DNA of 62,011 nucleotides, counting the filler, from Choristocarpus tenellus KU-1152 (taxonomy: Eukaryota > Protista > Phaeophyceae): NCBI GenBank assembly GCA_964200185.2. It is 11 parts of 11 records of this genome, joined end to end, with 100 filler letters (N's around TTAATTAATTAA, not from the genome) between each part and the next. Parts side by side here need not be neighbours in the genome. Positions count along the whole stretch, not along the records: positions 1 to 4,272 come from CAXNAD020015359.1; positions 4,373 to 7,941 come from CAXNAD020019200.1; positions 8,042 to 11,730 come from CAXNAD020018507.1; positions 11,831 to 15,757 come from CAXNAD020017098.1; 7 more parts are not named here. One strand, 5' to 3'. The first letter of the stretch is position 1. Every line of letters begins with the position of its first letter. Position numbers and translations under genes: made by a program. A model generated the notes under the pieces. That model was not told the origin of the DNA and did not search any database. It worked only from the letters and a program-made list of their open reading frames with translations. Of the stretch, positions 1 through 12,536 are shown one piece after another.

Positions 1-420
1 GGGGGAGGGAGAGGAGGAGGATGGGGCGATCTGTGAGAGGAGGATGGGGGGGGATGTGGAGGTAGGGAGTTGGGAGTGTGTTGGGGAAGGGGTGGGGGGG
101 AGGAAGTGCGCTTCGTTTTATGGTATGTGATGAGTTTTTTTTGTTTGTTTAGAATTTTTGCTGAAGTGGGGGGGGGGTCATCCGGTCGTAACTTTCTTGT
201 GTGTGAGGTGACTGCTTCGTGTCAAGCAGGGGTTTTGGTTAGGGTTAGGGTTGGGGGGATGAGTCGTGGTGGATGCGTTGGTTGGTTGTTATTTGTTGTT
301 GTGGATAGAACCAGCGGAGTGTAGGTAGTGATTTTGTTATTATTATTATTATTATTCTGTGGGTTGTCAAGAGATTGCCCTGTGTGTGTTTTAGTTTGTT
401 TGTCCGAGAGTAGGTAGTCA

Positions 421-627
421 CATGATGTATACTGTAATTATTACATGATGTATACTGTAATTATTACATGATGTATACTGTAATTAATACATGATGTATA
501 CTGTAATTAATACATGATGTATACTGTAATTATTACATGATGTATACTGTAATTAATACATGATGTATACTGTAATTAATACATGATGTATACTGTAATT
601 ATTACATGATGTATACCGTAATTATTA
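421..627 (+). repeat. Minisatellite, 9 x 23 bp (CATGATGTATACTGTAATTA[T/A]TA)
   Basis: Units start at 421, 444, 467, 490, 513, 536, 559, 582, 605; no spacers between units. Confidence 0.95.
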
Positions 628-1274
628 CATCATGTAATTAGCCATCTCGACTCCTGCATACTGTAATTTTATTTTAGAATTGGAGAGTTGAGTTTGGGTT
701 ATACGATGACAGCCGCTGGGAATTGGAAAGGAGAAACGTGTATAGAATAGTTGACGGTGTGAGGTATATGGACATATTGTGTCAATGACTTGCTTCCCTT
801 GCAGTCATGTTAGTGACCATGAGTCTTGCTGACCACCACAAAGGACACAAGGGTTTGATGGGAGTGTAAATGTAATACTGGTAATGAACATTGCTTTTGT
901 GTTGTAGTACACTGACCCTGTTCAAAACTGCCCCCTTATCTCCTTTAAAATCCTGACCAATAAGATATGGTTGTGTTTCAGTTGGAGGGGTACGGTGGGA
1001 TGGATGCGACCATGCAAGAAGGCTTTGACAGTCTGCACAAAAATCTTCGATGATGTTATTAAAATAGCAGTTGAATATATTATATTATGCTATACTATAC
1101 TACATTGCATTTTACACTACATCACACTGCTCCACCAACCTCCGATTCTTCTCAAGTCAGAAAATTCTGTACATTTTCCTGGATAAAGGAGAAAAGACGC
1201 GCCAGCTGCAATAATATTAAGCTTGCCCTATATATAACCTTACTCCTAACCCTAACCCTAACCCCCGCTGCCTC

Positions 1275-3491
1275 ATGAAGAGCCAACCCGAGGAGGAACT
1301 GAAGGAGGAGGAGGAGCCAGAGGAGGGTGAAATTGGAAGTGAGGACGGAGAGATCCCTGAGCCCAGGACCCTGTCTAGCAGGGAAAGGAAAGGCAGGGGC
1401 AAGGATGAGGGACGCGGTGGTGCTTGGGGCGATAATCGTTGCAAGAGTGGGGACAGGGGAGGGGGTGATTGTGGGTTGAAAGATGCCCATGGAGGGGGGA
1501 AGAGGAAAACTCCGATGGTGTTGCATCCAGCATTTGTATGTCCTACGGAGGAGGTTCTCCTTCCTCTTCCTTCGGGACCGTCGAAGGGGAGTGTCCTGCT
1601 GGGACTGGACTGTGAGATGGTGAGAGTCTTTTGGGGGGGTTTTTCTCCTTTTTTTGTTTTTGTATGCTTTTAAAAAAACGTGGATATCTTTTCTTTTTAT
1701 TTATTTTAGTTTATTTTCCAGCAACAAGGCGTTCTCGGTCGTGTAGGGGATCCTTTTGAGAGTCGATGGTGCCCCCCCCCCTCCCCTTGTTCTTATAGAC
1801 GGTGTTACTCGAATACTTTTTGTTGTTTTTTTGGTCCTGTAAAGAGTGACTGCTTAGGGTTCGGGTTAGGGTTAGAGTTTGGTCAGGGTGGGTTGAGAAG
1901 CGAAGTGGTATTTCAGGAGTTTTTGACCAAATTGGTATTCGCAATGGAGGTGTTAGCTCTTGATGTGTGTGTTGGCTCTTGCCTCTGTTGTTCTGTTATC
2001 TATTGTGCTGTGGCTACTGTGGTGATGGAGAGTATGTTGAAGGTGTGTTTGAGGTGGGTGGTTTCAATAGGCGTGGTGCTGTGGTGTAGTGTTGGGTGAG
2101 AGAGGCTTGTGAGGATTTGTATGAGTTTTGTTGAAGATGTGGTGTACTTGTCTGTACTTGCTGTTCAGGGTTAGGGTTAGGTATCAGAGGGGGGAGTGTG
2201 GTGCCGGGTTGGAGTTTGTATAGTAGGTTGCGTTTTTTGGGGGGGGTATGTCTGGAGGTGTCCTCGATCAAAAGGGGTTAGGGTGTCAGGGTTAGAGCTA
2301 ATGATCAGTATCAACACAGCAGAGTTGATGTTGGGGTTGAGAGATGATACGGACAAGAGTGATGAGATTGATAGTTGTACGTTATCGTTGATGATCTCAA
2401 GATGATAGTTGTACAGTTTGTATGATGATCACAAAGACAATGGTGTTAAGGTTAGGATTGAGGGAATCATTTTGAAGATAGCCCTGTGAGGGGGTTAGGG
2501 TTAGGGTTAGGGTTACTTATTGTGAATAGTGTTACTATTTTTTTGAGTTTTTTTTTTTAATTCCTGTTTGTGCAAGAGTGAAACCTCACGATTGGGGGCT
2601 TATACAAACAGACGTCACGAGTGTATTTTTGTTTGTTATATTGTCCATTGGAGTAATGTACAGTCCTTAGCCCAGTCCTGTTATCATCTTTGACATCAAT
2701 GGACTGGCGCAGTCGGAGTGTGCTGGGTTAACCCTCTAAATTGTCTCAATTGTGTATGGGAATAGTATTTTGTTTTTTGTCCCTTTCAGGTGCGTACTGA
2801 TTGGTCAAGAGTTGACCTGTCCAACTCCGTACCATCTGTGTTCTGATACGACCTTGAGCTGGTCTGCAACTCACTCCAGTTGCATCTATGCGTCTGGATT
2901 AGCTAGCTGTGTTAAATCATTTTCATTGGGTGCAGTCCCAGTCCGGTCCAGTTCAAATCTCTTGACACTCCTGTGGCCTGGTCCTGTCAAAATATATCTC
3001 GCTGGGGGCTGCCCGTGGTGCAGTCCGGTTCGAATTTTGATGGTCCTGGACCAGTCCTGTTGAAGCTTGTTTTGGCTGAGTCGGCTCATGGTCCAGTCCA
3101 GTCCAAAGGTTGCATGGATGGTTCAATGAAAATAAAAATGAAATATGATGTGAATACTGTTTATTATGTATATATACTATCATATCTATACACTAGGCTA
3201 TTAATAGCAATATGTGTAAGTTTGTTTCGAGAGAGAGGGCGACACACTATTGCTCTTTACTATTATATTTTTATTTATCTTACGTATTATGTGTTGCGCC
3301 CAGAAGTAGATTTGGTCACCGCAATAACGGGTCATTTTATTTCTTTGTCCCTCTGGGTGTTTGGGGTGGGGCCGGGTTGATTTGTTGGGTGGTGGGCAAC
3401 AGGTTCAGACTTGTGAAGGGATGGAACTGGCACGTGTAACACTTGTGAATCTGAGAGGGGAGCCGGTGTATGACATGATGGTCAAGCCCAG
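1275..3491 (+). CDS. REX1/REXO1-like DEDDh 3'-5' RNA exonuclease (partial, 2 exons)
   Basis: Exon ~1275-1619 ends LLGLDCEM|GT. Exon 3403-3491 (CAG acceptor, phase 0) reads VQTCEGMELARVTLVNLRGEPVYDMMVKP. The join gives ExoI motif LDCEMV..ELARV..V..G...YD..VKP. 5' start uncertain; rest lies beyond the contig end. Confidence 0.85.
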
Positions 3492-4272
3492 GTGTGTATT
3501 ACTAGTTTTTTTTTATGTATATGGGCTGGCTCTTTTTGTTGTTTCTTTTGTGTGTGTGTGTGTTTTGCCTATGTTTTGTTGTATTTGTGTGGAGTAGTCA
3601 TGCTTGCTTCGTTCTGCTTCGTATTTGTTTTATTTTTTTTGTTTATTGCACTCTGGTGTATAATTGTACTTGTTTGTTGTGTTGTGCTATGTTATGTTTT
3701 TGTTGATTAAAAAATACTTCATTGTATATTATATTATATTGCTGTTTTAATATTCAGTTTTATTTGGAGTACAGCGTTAGAATTTAACCAGTGAAGTATT
3801 ATAGATGTCCAGTTGGGGTGAACTGGTCTTTCTTTTTTATCATTGCTTTGGGGTTAGTGTTAGGGTTAGTTAATACTACGAACCTGAAGATAGAATAGTC
3901 CAATTGAGACTGATTCAATGCTGTGCTAATATCAATAGAAGCAAGTGCACAGATACTAACCTGCACCATCTTCTGCACCTTTACGTCTGACCACCACCCC
4001 AATATGCATCCATCTTCAATGCATTCATTGTCAATGCTGCCCCTGGTGTGATCCCTCTGTGACTTGTGTTACCATGACTGTCTGTCACAGCCCTTCATTC
4101 ACACCTTCGCTTCCCTTCGCCCCTGCCTGCTCCATGCTACAGGGGTATTCTAATGCCCACATGCTATAACTCTGTTATTTTTCGAAAGTGTCATTACCTA
4201 CTTACTTTTTATTGAAGTCAATTCCCAACAGAGCTAACCCCCCCCTACCCCCCAGACCCAAGGTATCTAGGG

Positions 4273-4372
4273 NNNNNNNNNNNNNNNNNNNNNNNNNNNN
4301 NNNNNNNNNNNNNNNNTTAATTAATTAANNNNNNNNNNNNNNNNNNNNNNNNNNNNNNNNNNNNNNNNNNNN
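4273..4372. other. Artificial contig linker
   Basis: 44 N + TTAATTAATTAA (stops in all six frames) + 44 N. Confidence 0.97.
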
Positions 4373-5075
4373 CTTCATTAAAGCACCAAAAACGCCGCGG
4401 GTCCAGTGTGGGATAGTTCAACATAACACCTCTCAAATCCCCAGCAACTATCTGTTACAAACACCGGCCTTCCCAATCAGGGCATAAACACAAATGACAA
4501 CAACTTTGACTGATATTCAACTTCTCTTCCACAACCCACCACACACGAGGAGTATCAACACATTCGTTCCATTATCCAACCCGGCGTGTCTTTCTTCCTG
4601 TAAGGTTCGAAGTGTTTCAACAAACGCTACTCTCGTGGGATCGAATCTCGCTGAGGTTACGTCTGTCAAAAGGCTAAATACGCCGCCAGGATACACATCC
4701 GTCAAAAGTCTATAACACGCCGCCAGGATGAATAACCTCACCTAGTAAATACCCCGCCGAAGCTGGTCACTGATTAGAGGGATAGCAACCCTCGGGCGAA
4801 ACCTCAACAAGTATAACAACTTGCGATCCCCGGGAGTAGCGACTATCTGCTTGGTAGCTCAGGGGTTTACTAGTGTTTCAACACGAAGCACACGGAAAAA
4901 GATGTCTTTTGCCTGCGCATCAATATCACCATTAAGAAAAACAAATCCGACTACACCATAATTCAATATTGTTTTCTCTTCGCGATCATTCCGCAACATT
5001 GATATCCTCGTACTGAACATAGTGAAGAGTATGTGCATCGAAGTTTCCACCACACGACAACATCGTACTCCTTAG

Positions 5076-6719
5076 GACTGGGTGGACAGTGATGGCAGAG
5101 TACATACCAAGACATTCGCAAAATTACCCCAGAATGATATCATCAGGAGACAGGAGATCATTCACCTCCCGGCTTACAGGATCGATCGGAAGGGACAACA
5201 TGACCACCGCGTCCCCCACTTCGGCGGCATCAAGTCCATGCACAGGTTCTTCACCAGTCCAGGTGGCAACGGTAACTCATCCAAGGTCATGTACACCGAG
5301 GTGTCGTGCTACTGCACCAGCTGTTCAATTGGCAACCTCGCGGGCTGCAAGTGGCAGGGCACACACTTGCCTGTACTCAAGGAGATCTACCTCAGGTTTT
5401 CCCCTGAGGACGACGTGTGTGACATTTACCTTAGGAGCCATCTCTCTAGGAAGAAGAGGCAGCTCGCAGTGGGAAATGTATGCATTGTGCGGACGGAGCC
5501 GTCGGAATATGATGGGTTGGAGTTCCTGCCGTTCACCATACACAAGAAGGAGACCGTGGAATGGAACTCTAGGGACCATTTCAGCTACGGAGGGATGTTC
5601 AGTGCTGGTGACGAAGTGGTGTTTATGAGGGAAGACTTCGAGATGTTGACTGTCACTTTCGTTGATGGAGTGCCGACAGTTTGCCTCTCACGTGCGAACC
5701 GGGTGAGGCACCCGAGATTCCTACTAAATATGTTTTGAAATATAAAAATCACATAGGTTGGAGAATTTTACAGTATTGTATACACGATATTATTCTGTGT
5801 AGAAATTTTTCCCTTCAAGTTTGTCATGGTTAATATTCTTTTTTGGTTCATATTACCATGGGCACGAAACTCCGCCAAACAACTATCCACTATCAACACT
5901 GTCCGTCTCTCACACGATGGCCTTCAAGGTCTAACCCGCCGACCCAACCCCATCAACACAAAAAGCGTGATCGAACTGCACGCCGTTCAACCGGGTCCCC
6001 GTGTTGTCCCCCTTCAGGCTATCGTCGAGCCTGACTTCACGCACCTTCGTCGTAACAACCTCGACGATACCTACACCATCCTCCCTGGTCAATACCAGAG
6101 ATTCGCTGCGGAATCCAATCGGAAATCCCTCAGTGGGACCCCTGTTCGCTTCTCAAGACAACGCAGACGTGGAGATACATCCAATGCCAAGTTCAACCGA
6201 GGCACCACTTTCATTCTGTGCGGGAGTGGAGATGCTATCATTCAGGGGCAAGCCCGCGACGTTGACATAGACGATTCCGGGGCATGTATCTACTCTGTGC
6301 GTTACGAAGGTGTGCATGGCGAGACCTCCTTGCCACCTGAGCTGAGGTTATTCATGATAGAGGACGAGATCGAGAAGGGTGTCGAACAACTAAAGGAGAA
6401 GGAGAAAAGGGACGGCGATAAGACTGCAACCCAGCGTGCCAACAAACGCAAGGCGCGGATGACTCTGCAGGTGAACCGTAGAGAGGAGAAGGATACCGGG
6501 ACATACATCCTCCTCGAACCATCACTGAGGGTTGTGCCAGTTTTGGACGGGGAAGGGACACTTCATTCAAGAGCCAAGGGCAGGGGACTGTACTTTCGGA
6601 TGGACGAGCAGTGGATGCGAGGGACAGTCACCAAATACCAGCCCCACCATACAGAGCCAGTGGGAGAAGAGCGACTCAGCTACCCCTATGAGGTGAAATG
6701 GGAGAATGGCGAGGTGTGA
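5076..6719 (+). CDS. Sola2-like transposase C-terminal region followed by Tudor/SH3-like modules (spliced, partial)
   Basis: Exon 5076-5702 (TAG acceptor, GTGAGG donor) and exon 6018-6719 (CAG acceptor) join in phase 0 without stops. Motifs GIKSMH..SCYCTSC..C and LAVGNVCIV..DG.EF..GDEVV resemble Sola2-type transposase tails. C-terminal WMRGTVTKY..YEVKWENGE is Tudor-like. Catalytic core not seen. Confidence 0.55.
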
Positions 6720-7906
6720 AATATCCAGCTTCTTTAACAATAATACAGCACGGAGCCCAACGCGGAGCCAAGATCCTGGTTCTGGACCAGTCCCATATGA
6801 CCGTAATATGGAACGGAGGTTGCAGCGAGTCGGACGCGCTACCATCTTCTCGAATTTCGTAGTCGTCTGTCCCCCCCTCCCCTCATCCGTCCAAGACATC
6901 ATGCCTCCCGTGGACATCCTGTCCTATATCATAGTAGAGGTCGGACGTGTGTTGTCGAGGCAGGGTTCATTCTGCAATTTTAATTACAATTGGGTGTTAT
7001 GTCTATGTCCTTCCCTTTAGGTGTGAGTGTGCTGCCTCACCTTTGGATCTTGTGTTGGTTTTTACTTATAGACGGTTACAACCTGTTTCTTGGTCAATTA
7101 TTTTCCTTACGACCATTGGTATATATTACATGGTGTGTAGTAGTTTAAAATGTATGTATAGAATTTTTACATCGGAAACTTTAATTTAGTTCTCTGTGTG
7201 TTTGCTACAAAAAACAGATATTCTCACAACACAAAAAAATAAACATCACCGCAGAAAGAATTCGTCGCATCCCCCTTCTAGTGTGGTCTTTTATATGCGG
7301 CGTTCCTCCTTCCACCCTATATATATAAGGACACCAATCAAGGATCGTACATTCCCCTCTCCCACGTAACACAATCTTTCGACATTGATATCACACGCCC
7401 CGCTCCACAAAGGACATAATTGACATACCCCCAAAATACACACATGCGAATGCAATACACCTGTCGCCAACTCATCCCCTCGCACCCCCTTAACTCACAT
7501 AGAATCCACACAAATACTTATCCCTTCACACCCCTCCCCGAATGACGAGGCCTTTTCCGTCAATTGACAATCACATATTGCTTAACGCTGGAAATGACAA
7601 ACCCTAAATCCCTACCTCAATTAACATTAATCCCACTCCATAGAGGCAATAAACCCACAAGAGATGAACCAACTCAATCCATACTTCACAACAAACCAAC
7701 AACCAAAACACCCCACCCCAGAAACCGACCTCAAAAATGGCTACTTTTCCAACATCTAAAGCGCCAAGTACATACACTAGATGCAGACTACGCAATATTC
7801 CACCCAAAAAAGACCAACCAGACACTCCATCCACTATGCATTTTTCACAACATTTTCATAAAATTTCCCAACACTTATACAAGGGCCCATTTGGACGCCC
7901 CAGTGC

Positions 7907-7938
<32 letters not shown>

Positions 7939-7941
7939 TTC

Positions 7942-8041
7942 NNNNNNNNNNNNNNNNNNNNNNNNNNNNNNNNNNNNNNNNNNNNTTAATTAATTAANNN
8001 NNNNNNNNNNNNNNNNNNNNNNNNNNNNNNNNNNNNNNNNN
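7942..8041. other. Artificial contig linker
   Basis: N44-TTAATTAATTAA-N44. Confidence 0.97.
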
Positions 8042-8090
8042 TTGGTTTCCCCCTGACACATCTGCAAAATGTCAGAGGGCATAATAATAT
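8042..8090 (+). repeat. Dispersed repeat (TTTCCCCCTGACACATCTGCAAAATGTCAGAGGGCATAAT), probable TE end
   Basis: Related copy at ~12036-12088 and reverse-complement copies at ~51725-51780 and ~51845-51900. Confidence 0.7.
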
Positions 8091-8368
8091 AATAGGTGAG
8101 TGTTGATGGATCATGGAACCTGAACCTCTCTTCTATCCTATATATATGTTGAGGTATACCGATTCATTCTATTTTCCACCCATTCATTTTAATATTTGGT
8201 TGGATTGTTGTGATTATATATTTGTGTTTGGGGGTAGTAATCGTCTGATCACAAAAAGCATAGTTGGCGTGTTTGAGAGCCAGTGTCGATCTCAAGACAT
8301 GTTTATTTGTCTTAAAGTTGTTTCCATGGTGATTTCAAAACCAGGTTCTCAACACAATCTAATGCATT

Positions 8369-9520
8369 ATGGAAAGTGAAGACCCCTTCGAAGAACTTAC
8401 TCAGCCATACCCACACCCTTCTATACTTCGCAGGGAAGTCGATGTCATTGATGTCGATGAAGAGGTGTCAGCATCACTGGAGACGCCTTTGTCAACCAAC
8501 ACGTTGATAGAAGAGAACGTCGATACTACTCTCCACTTTGCTGGAGGAGGAAGCAACAGTAGTGCGACTTTTTCTCCATGTAATGAGGAAAGAGGGCATG
8601 GCTTTGGCATGGATGAAGGAAGTGGTGGTCAAAGAACGGTAAGGGGAGGACTAAGGGCGCGAGGGGAAGGATTGCCCGAGCAAAGCTCGACCGACATTCT
8701 GAAGGAAAATCTCTCTCGCAGTCTATCCTTGGATAACCACCGGAGGTTTGAGGTGTGGAAAAGACTGTTGTCTCTCTGCAGTAGGTCAATGCACTGGTCT
8801 CAACCATACCTTTTACGCTGTCTCAGTTCCATCGCCTGGACCACCTAAATATCTGTACAGTTTCAATGATCGCCACACTCTCTGTACAACCCACGTAGGA
8901 TTGTCCCTCCTCCGCCAACCTGATCATTAGGTTTTTATCTTACCTCCTTCCCTGTTCCCTTGCGCTGTCCATTGGTAGCAATATAAAAACGTCTCCCTAA
9001 TCGTGAGATATCCCGAGCCAAGCCTGCACACTGATACCAATGCTTTCCATCAACAATTTTGTTGGACTGTTTTGCCCTCCATGGTCAGCATGGTCTGGGC
9101 AGTGATACTTGCATTGCTTCTTCCTCACCTCAGGCCAATTGCTTGCAGTCTGCAGAATGAATTTATAGGCCGTACAGATACTCAAACCCTTTTTGTGCAA
9201 GGGGGGAAAACGTCCACCCGATATACCTTGACTCACGTATGTTAAAGTTTCTTTCCTAAAATCCTTGGTTCCTGTTCAGGTTGTCCGAGTTTGATCGATA
9301 TGACAAAGATATGTTCTCCACGCGCATGTGATCCCCTTGCGCGTATTCCCCATGCAATTGAGTAATAATTTTTTGTTCAGAGCAAGAGATAATAAACGCT
9401 CGCCTCTGCTTTGTGCACTGATGTGTGCCATCTCTCACCTCTCCAATGCGGAACGCCAATATATACAGCTGTTACTTCTTTACCTGTTCTTTTGCTCGTA
9501 TCCTTACGCGTATGTCACCT

Positions 9521-9582
<62 letters not shown>

Positions 9583-11115
9583 TTTGTTTGTCTTTGGCTT
9601 CTTTTTTGTTCACAGTTGATAATGAAAGCTGAAGATGCAGACGAAGGATGCAATGACAACAATGCAGAAGCAGCCAGTGAGGGAGGAGGAGGAAATGGGA
9701 ACCAAAAAGGCATGGTACCATCATCCCCTATCTCTGCTGCTTCTACTGCTGCTGGATTTTGGCAAAACAACAGTGGTTCACGAGTGTTGGGTGGACCAGG
9801 TATGATGTGGGTTAAGGGTGAGGTTCTAGGTGGTCGTTGTGACCAACTACCTATGCCTCAGACAGCCCAGGAACAGGAAGAGGCCCAGGAGCAAGCTCTA
9901 AGGAGGGCTACGGGGCAAGTGCAAGCCATGAGAGTGGGGAGTGGAGGGGAGGTGTTAATGAAAACAGAAAGGAAGCGAGATTTCTTTCCTAGCATCTCTG
10001 ATAGCCAGAGTGGGCTCAGTAAGGCATGGGGCCAGCAGGGAAGACACAATCTTAGCACTGTGTCGTCAAGCCAACAAGTGCCCAAGAGTGAACCTCCACG
10101 GAGGTACTACTCTAAGCGTGGGGCGGCTCTGTATGACCAGTGGGAAAGGCATACAAGGGCTGTGGGTTCAAAGTTGCTCAAGGTAAGATTGACCTTGGTG
10201 AAATTGATTGGGCTGATAAAAAGGTTTGAGATAGAAGTTGCAAGATCTAGGATAGATGGACGTTTTGGTTTGATTGTTAAGCTTAGGGGAGGAAACGAAC
10301 CTGTTTGGGTGATTCTATCCTTGTTCCAGTTTCATACAGCAGGTGACTTTACCACTCCTATGCAAGGTGTGATTTCTTCCCTACCTAGTCCTATCCCTAA
10401 CTGCAACATAGATTAGAATTGTACCTTATCTTGCTTGTCACAAATAGTGGAGAATGCTGATATCTTGTTGTGACAGTGCCACCACAAGATTGAAATAAGG
10501 CCTCATTTGTGACGTGTGCATGCTCTAAATTTATCTTAAGAGTGCTATTTTTATATTAGCATATTCTGTGGCACTTTCGAAGAGGGCTCTCAACAAGTAA
10601 AGGAGAAAAAAATAAAATAAAGATTATTGCTGAAAGGTCAGGGCAACTCCTCTGCAAGCTGCCCTTCGCCATACCATCATCTTAGCCTACCATTGCTTAC
10701 TATTTTCTTGTATTTCTCCCAAATCTCAAACCTCTTTGTGACCCACTGATGCTACCCCCCCCAAACCCCTCACATCCTACCTCAAAAGCGTATGGGCTTT
10801 GATGGCACCACAGGACAGCATGCCACAGAAGTAGCTTTGTTCCTTGCGGATGATACCAAAAAGAGGTATACCCCAGGGAAAAATATTGGTCTGGGTTGGA
10901 GAGCAACTGGTGCGGGTGCGATGGGGAGGAGACAGGGGTTAGGGTTAGGGGAGAGGAATGGGTACATAGGGTTAGGGTTAGGGGAGAGGAATGGGTACAT
11001 AGCATGCATGTCAGCACCATGCGATATGGACACCAATTGTGTTCGAAGTCGGGTGCCGTTTGAGGGTGTTGAAGTGTGTTTTGCATATGAGGAGGCGATG
11101 GTTCCCCAGAAAAAG
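8369..11115 (+). CDS. G-patch domain protein (TFIP11/ZGPAT-type G-patch start), partial
   Basis: Exons 8369-8752, 9616-10182, 10789-11115, all phase-0 GT-AG joins. The splice junction yields WERHTRAVGSKLLK|RMGFDG, matching G-patch WE.HT.G.GSKLL.KMG[FY]. Confidence 0.65.
9522..9579 (+). repeat. (GT)n microsatellite in intron
   Basis: Direct reading; explains the spurious CVCVCV/HTHTHT ORFs. Confidence 0.95.
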
Positions 11116-11444
11116 GTAGGTTGTTTATGCATACTCTGGTCTATCTCTGCCACGCTGTGTGCATGTGTTGTGTCTTCTGGTGTCTGTGTATGAGTGCCTG
11201 CCTCTGTGTGTGTTGGTGTGTGCTGGTGGGTGTGTGGTGGGTAGGGGGGGGGATGGAGTGCTATTGGGTCTGTATGTGGATTTTATTTGTTGCTATTGTG
11301 TTGGGAAGAGTCCATCTTTGTATGTCGCTGACTTGATGGTAGTTATCACACCAAAACCCTGACCCTAGAATTGACTGTAATTATATGATGTGCTTTGGAA
11401 GTTAGGGCTAAGTCAAGAAAAGAAAGAAGTCAAATTCATTCTAC

Positions 11445-11675
11445 GTATTGACTCGCTTCTTTGAGTGAACCATGTATATACATATATATATATATAAATA
11501 TATACAAGTATTGACTCACTTTTTTGTGTTAACCATGTACATGTACATATATATATATAAATATATACGATTATTGACTCACTTTTTTGTGTTAACCATG
11601 TACATATATAAATATTTATAAATATATACAAATATATAAAAATATATAAAAATATATAAAAATATATACATATAT
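11445..11675 (+). repeat. Degenerate tandem repeat, ~3 x ~65 bp, with AT-rich tail
   Basis: TATTGACTCAC/GCT..TTAACCATGTAC recurs at ~11446, ~11509, ~11572. Confidence 0.8.
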
Positions 11676-11730
11676 TCCTTTTTTCTTCTAATGTGACCCT
11701 TGTGTGTTTATGGCGTCTGCAACACTATAC

Positions 11731-11830
11731 NNNNNNNNNNNNNNNNNNNNNNNNNNNNNNNNNNNNNNNNNNNNTTAATTAATTAANNNNNNNNNNNNNN
11801 NNNNNNNNNNNNNNNNNNNNNNNNNNNNNN
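11731..11830. other. Artificial contig linker
   Basis: N44-TTAATTAATTAA-N44. Confidence 0.97.
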
Positions 11831-12090
11831 GTTTGTTGGATTCTTGGGATGCCTCCCTAGCTCCTCCCCCCGGGGCGCAGGAGTAGGTAGATGTGAAGCA
11901 CAGGAAGACAGTAGTACAGTACTGACAGTGAAGTAACAAATAGATCTGTGTTTTTCACACAGTGTTTTATAGTTTTTTCACATTTATGATATTTTATTTC
12001 TTTAGGGCTTATATACTGACACATGTATAGTTTTCATTTGTTTCCCCCCTGACACATCTACGAAATGTCAGAGGTCATAATAATAAAATA
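11831..12090 (+). repeat. Dispersed repeat / non-autonomous TE fragment
   Basis: 11831-11875 matches the reverse complement of ~51030-51075; 12036-12088 matches 8042-8090. Confidence 0.6.
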
Positions 12091-12536
12091 CTATACTTTG
12101 GGGCATTTTTTTTTTCGGCAAAGAAAATCTTGAACCAATCTTTATTTCATGGTAGTATTAGTAGAGGTATTTGTAGTAGTTGGAATAGTAGTAGGTTGTG
12201 AAATATATCATTCTACTATTAATATCAATATCATGGTTACTTCAAAATCGTACAACATGGACAAGGGTTGTGCTGGTATTAGGAGTATGTACGGATATGG
12301 ATGTTACATTGATTTATTGTATCATTCTTTGTAGTTTGACAGTTCCCTCAACAGAATAGAAGATTTGAAACGTCCACTTGAAACTGGTATTTTGAAAGAA
12401 AACATTGCCACCCCCACGTTCCAAAGAGAAAAGTTTGATGAGGTGCAGTTTTAATGTAGAGGTCTAGAGACCAAGTAGAACCTGTGGATTCGGTGCTGAA
12501 ATTTGAGTCAAGCAGGGCATCCAAACAGATACGGTG

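Noticed and set aside
421-627. CRISPR-like array
   Set aside because: Head-to-tail repeats without unique spacers; no cas genes; eukaryotic context
4317-4328. TTAATTAATTAA as PacI site, piggyBac TSD or regulatory motif
   Set aside because: Identical in all ten N gaps; assembly linker
4373-5075. Upstream catalytic exon of the Sola2-like gene (EAHGKRC near 4885)
   Set aside because: No HGKG..DG context, nearby stops, no convincing splice sites; only a ~37-bp direct repeat at 4660-4730 is evident
9328-9615. N-terminal part of the 362-aa ORF
   Set aside because: Reads through intron and (GT)n microsatellite; the exon starts at 9616
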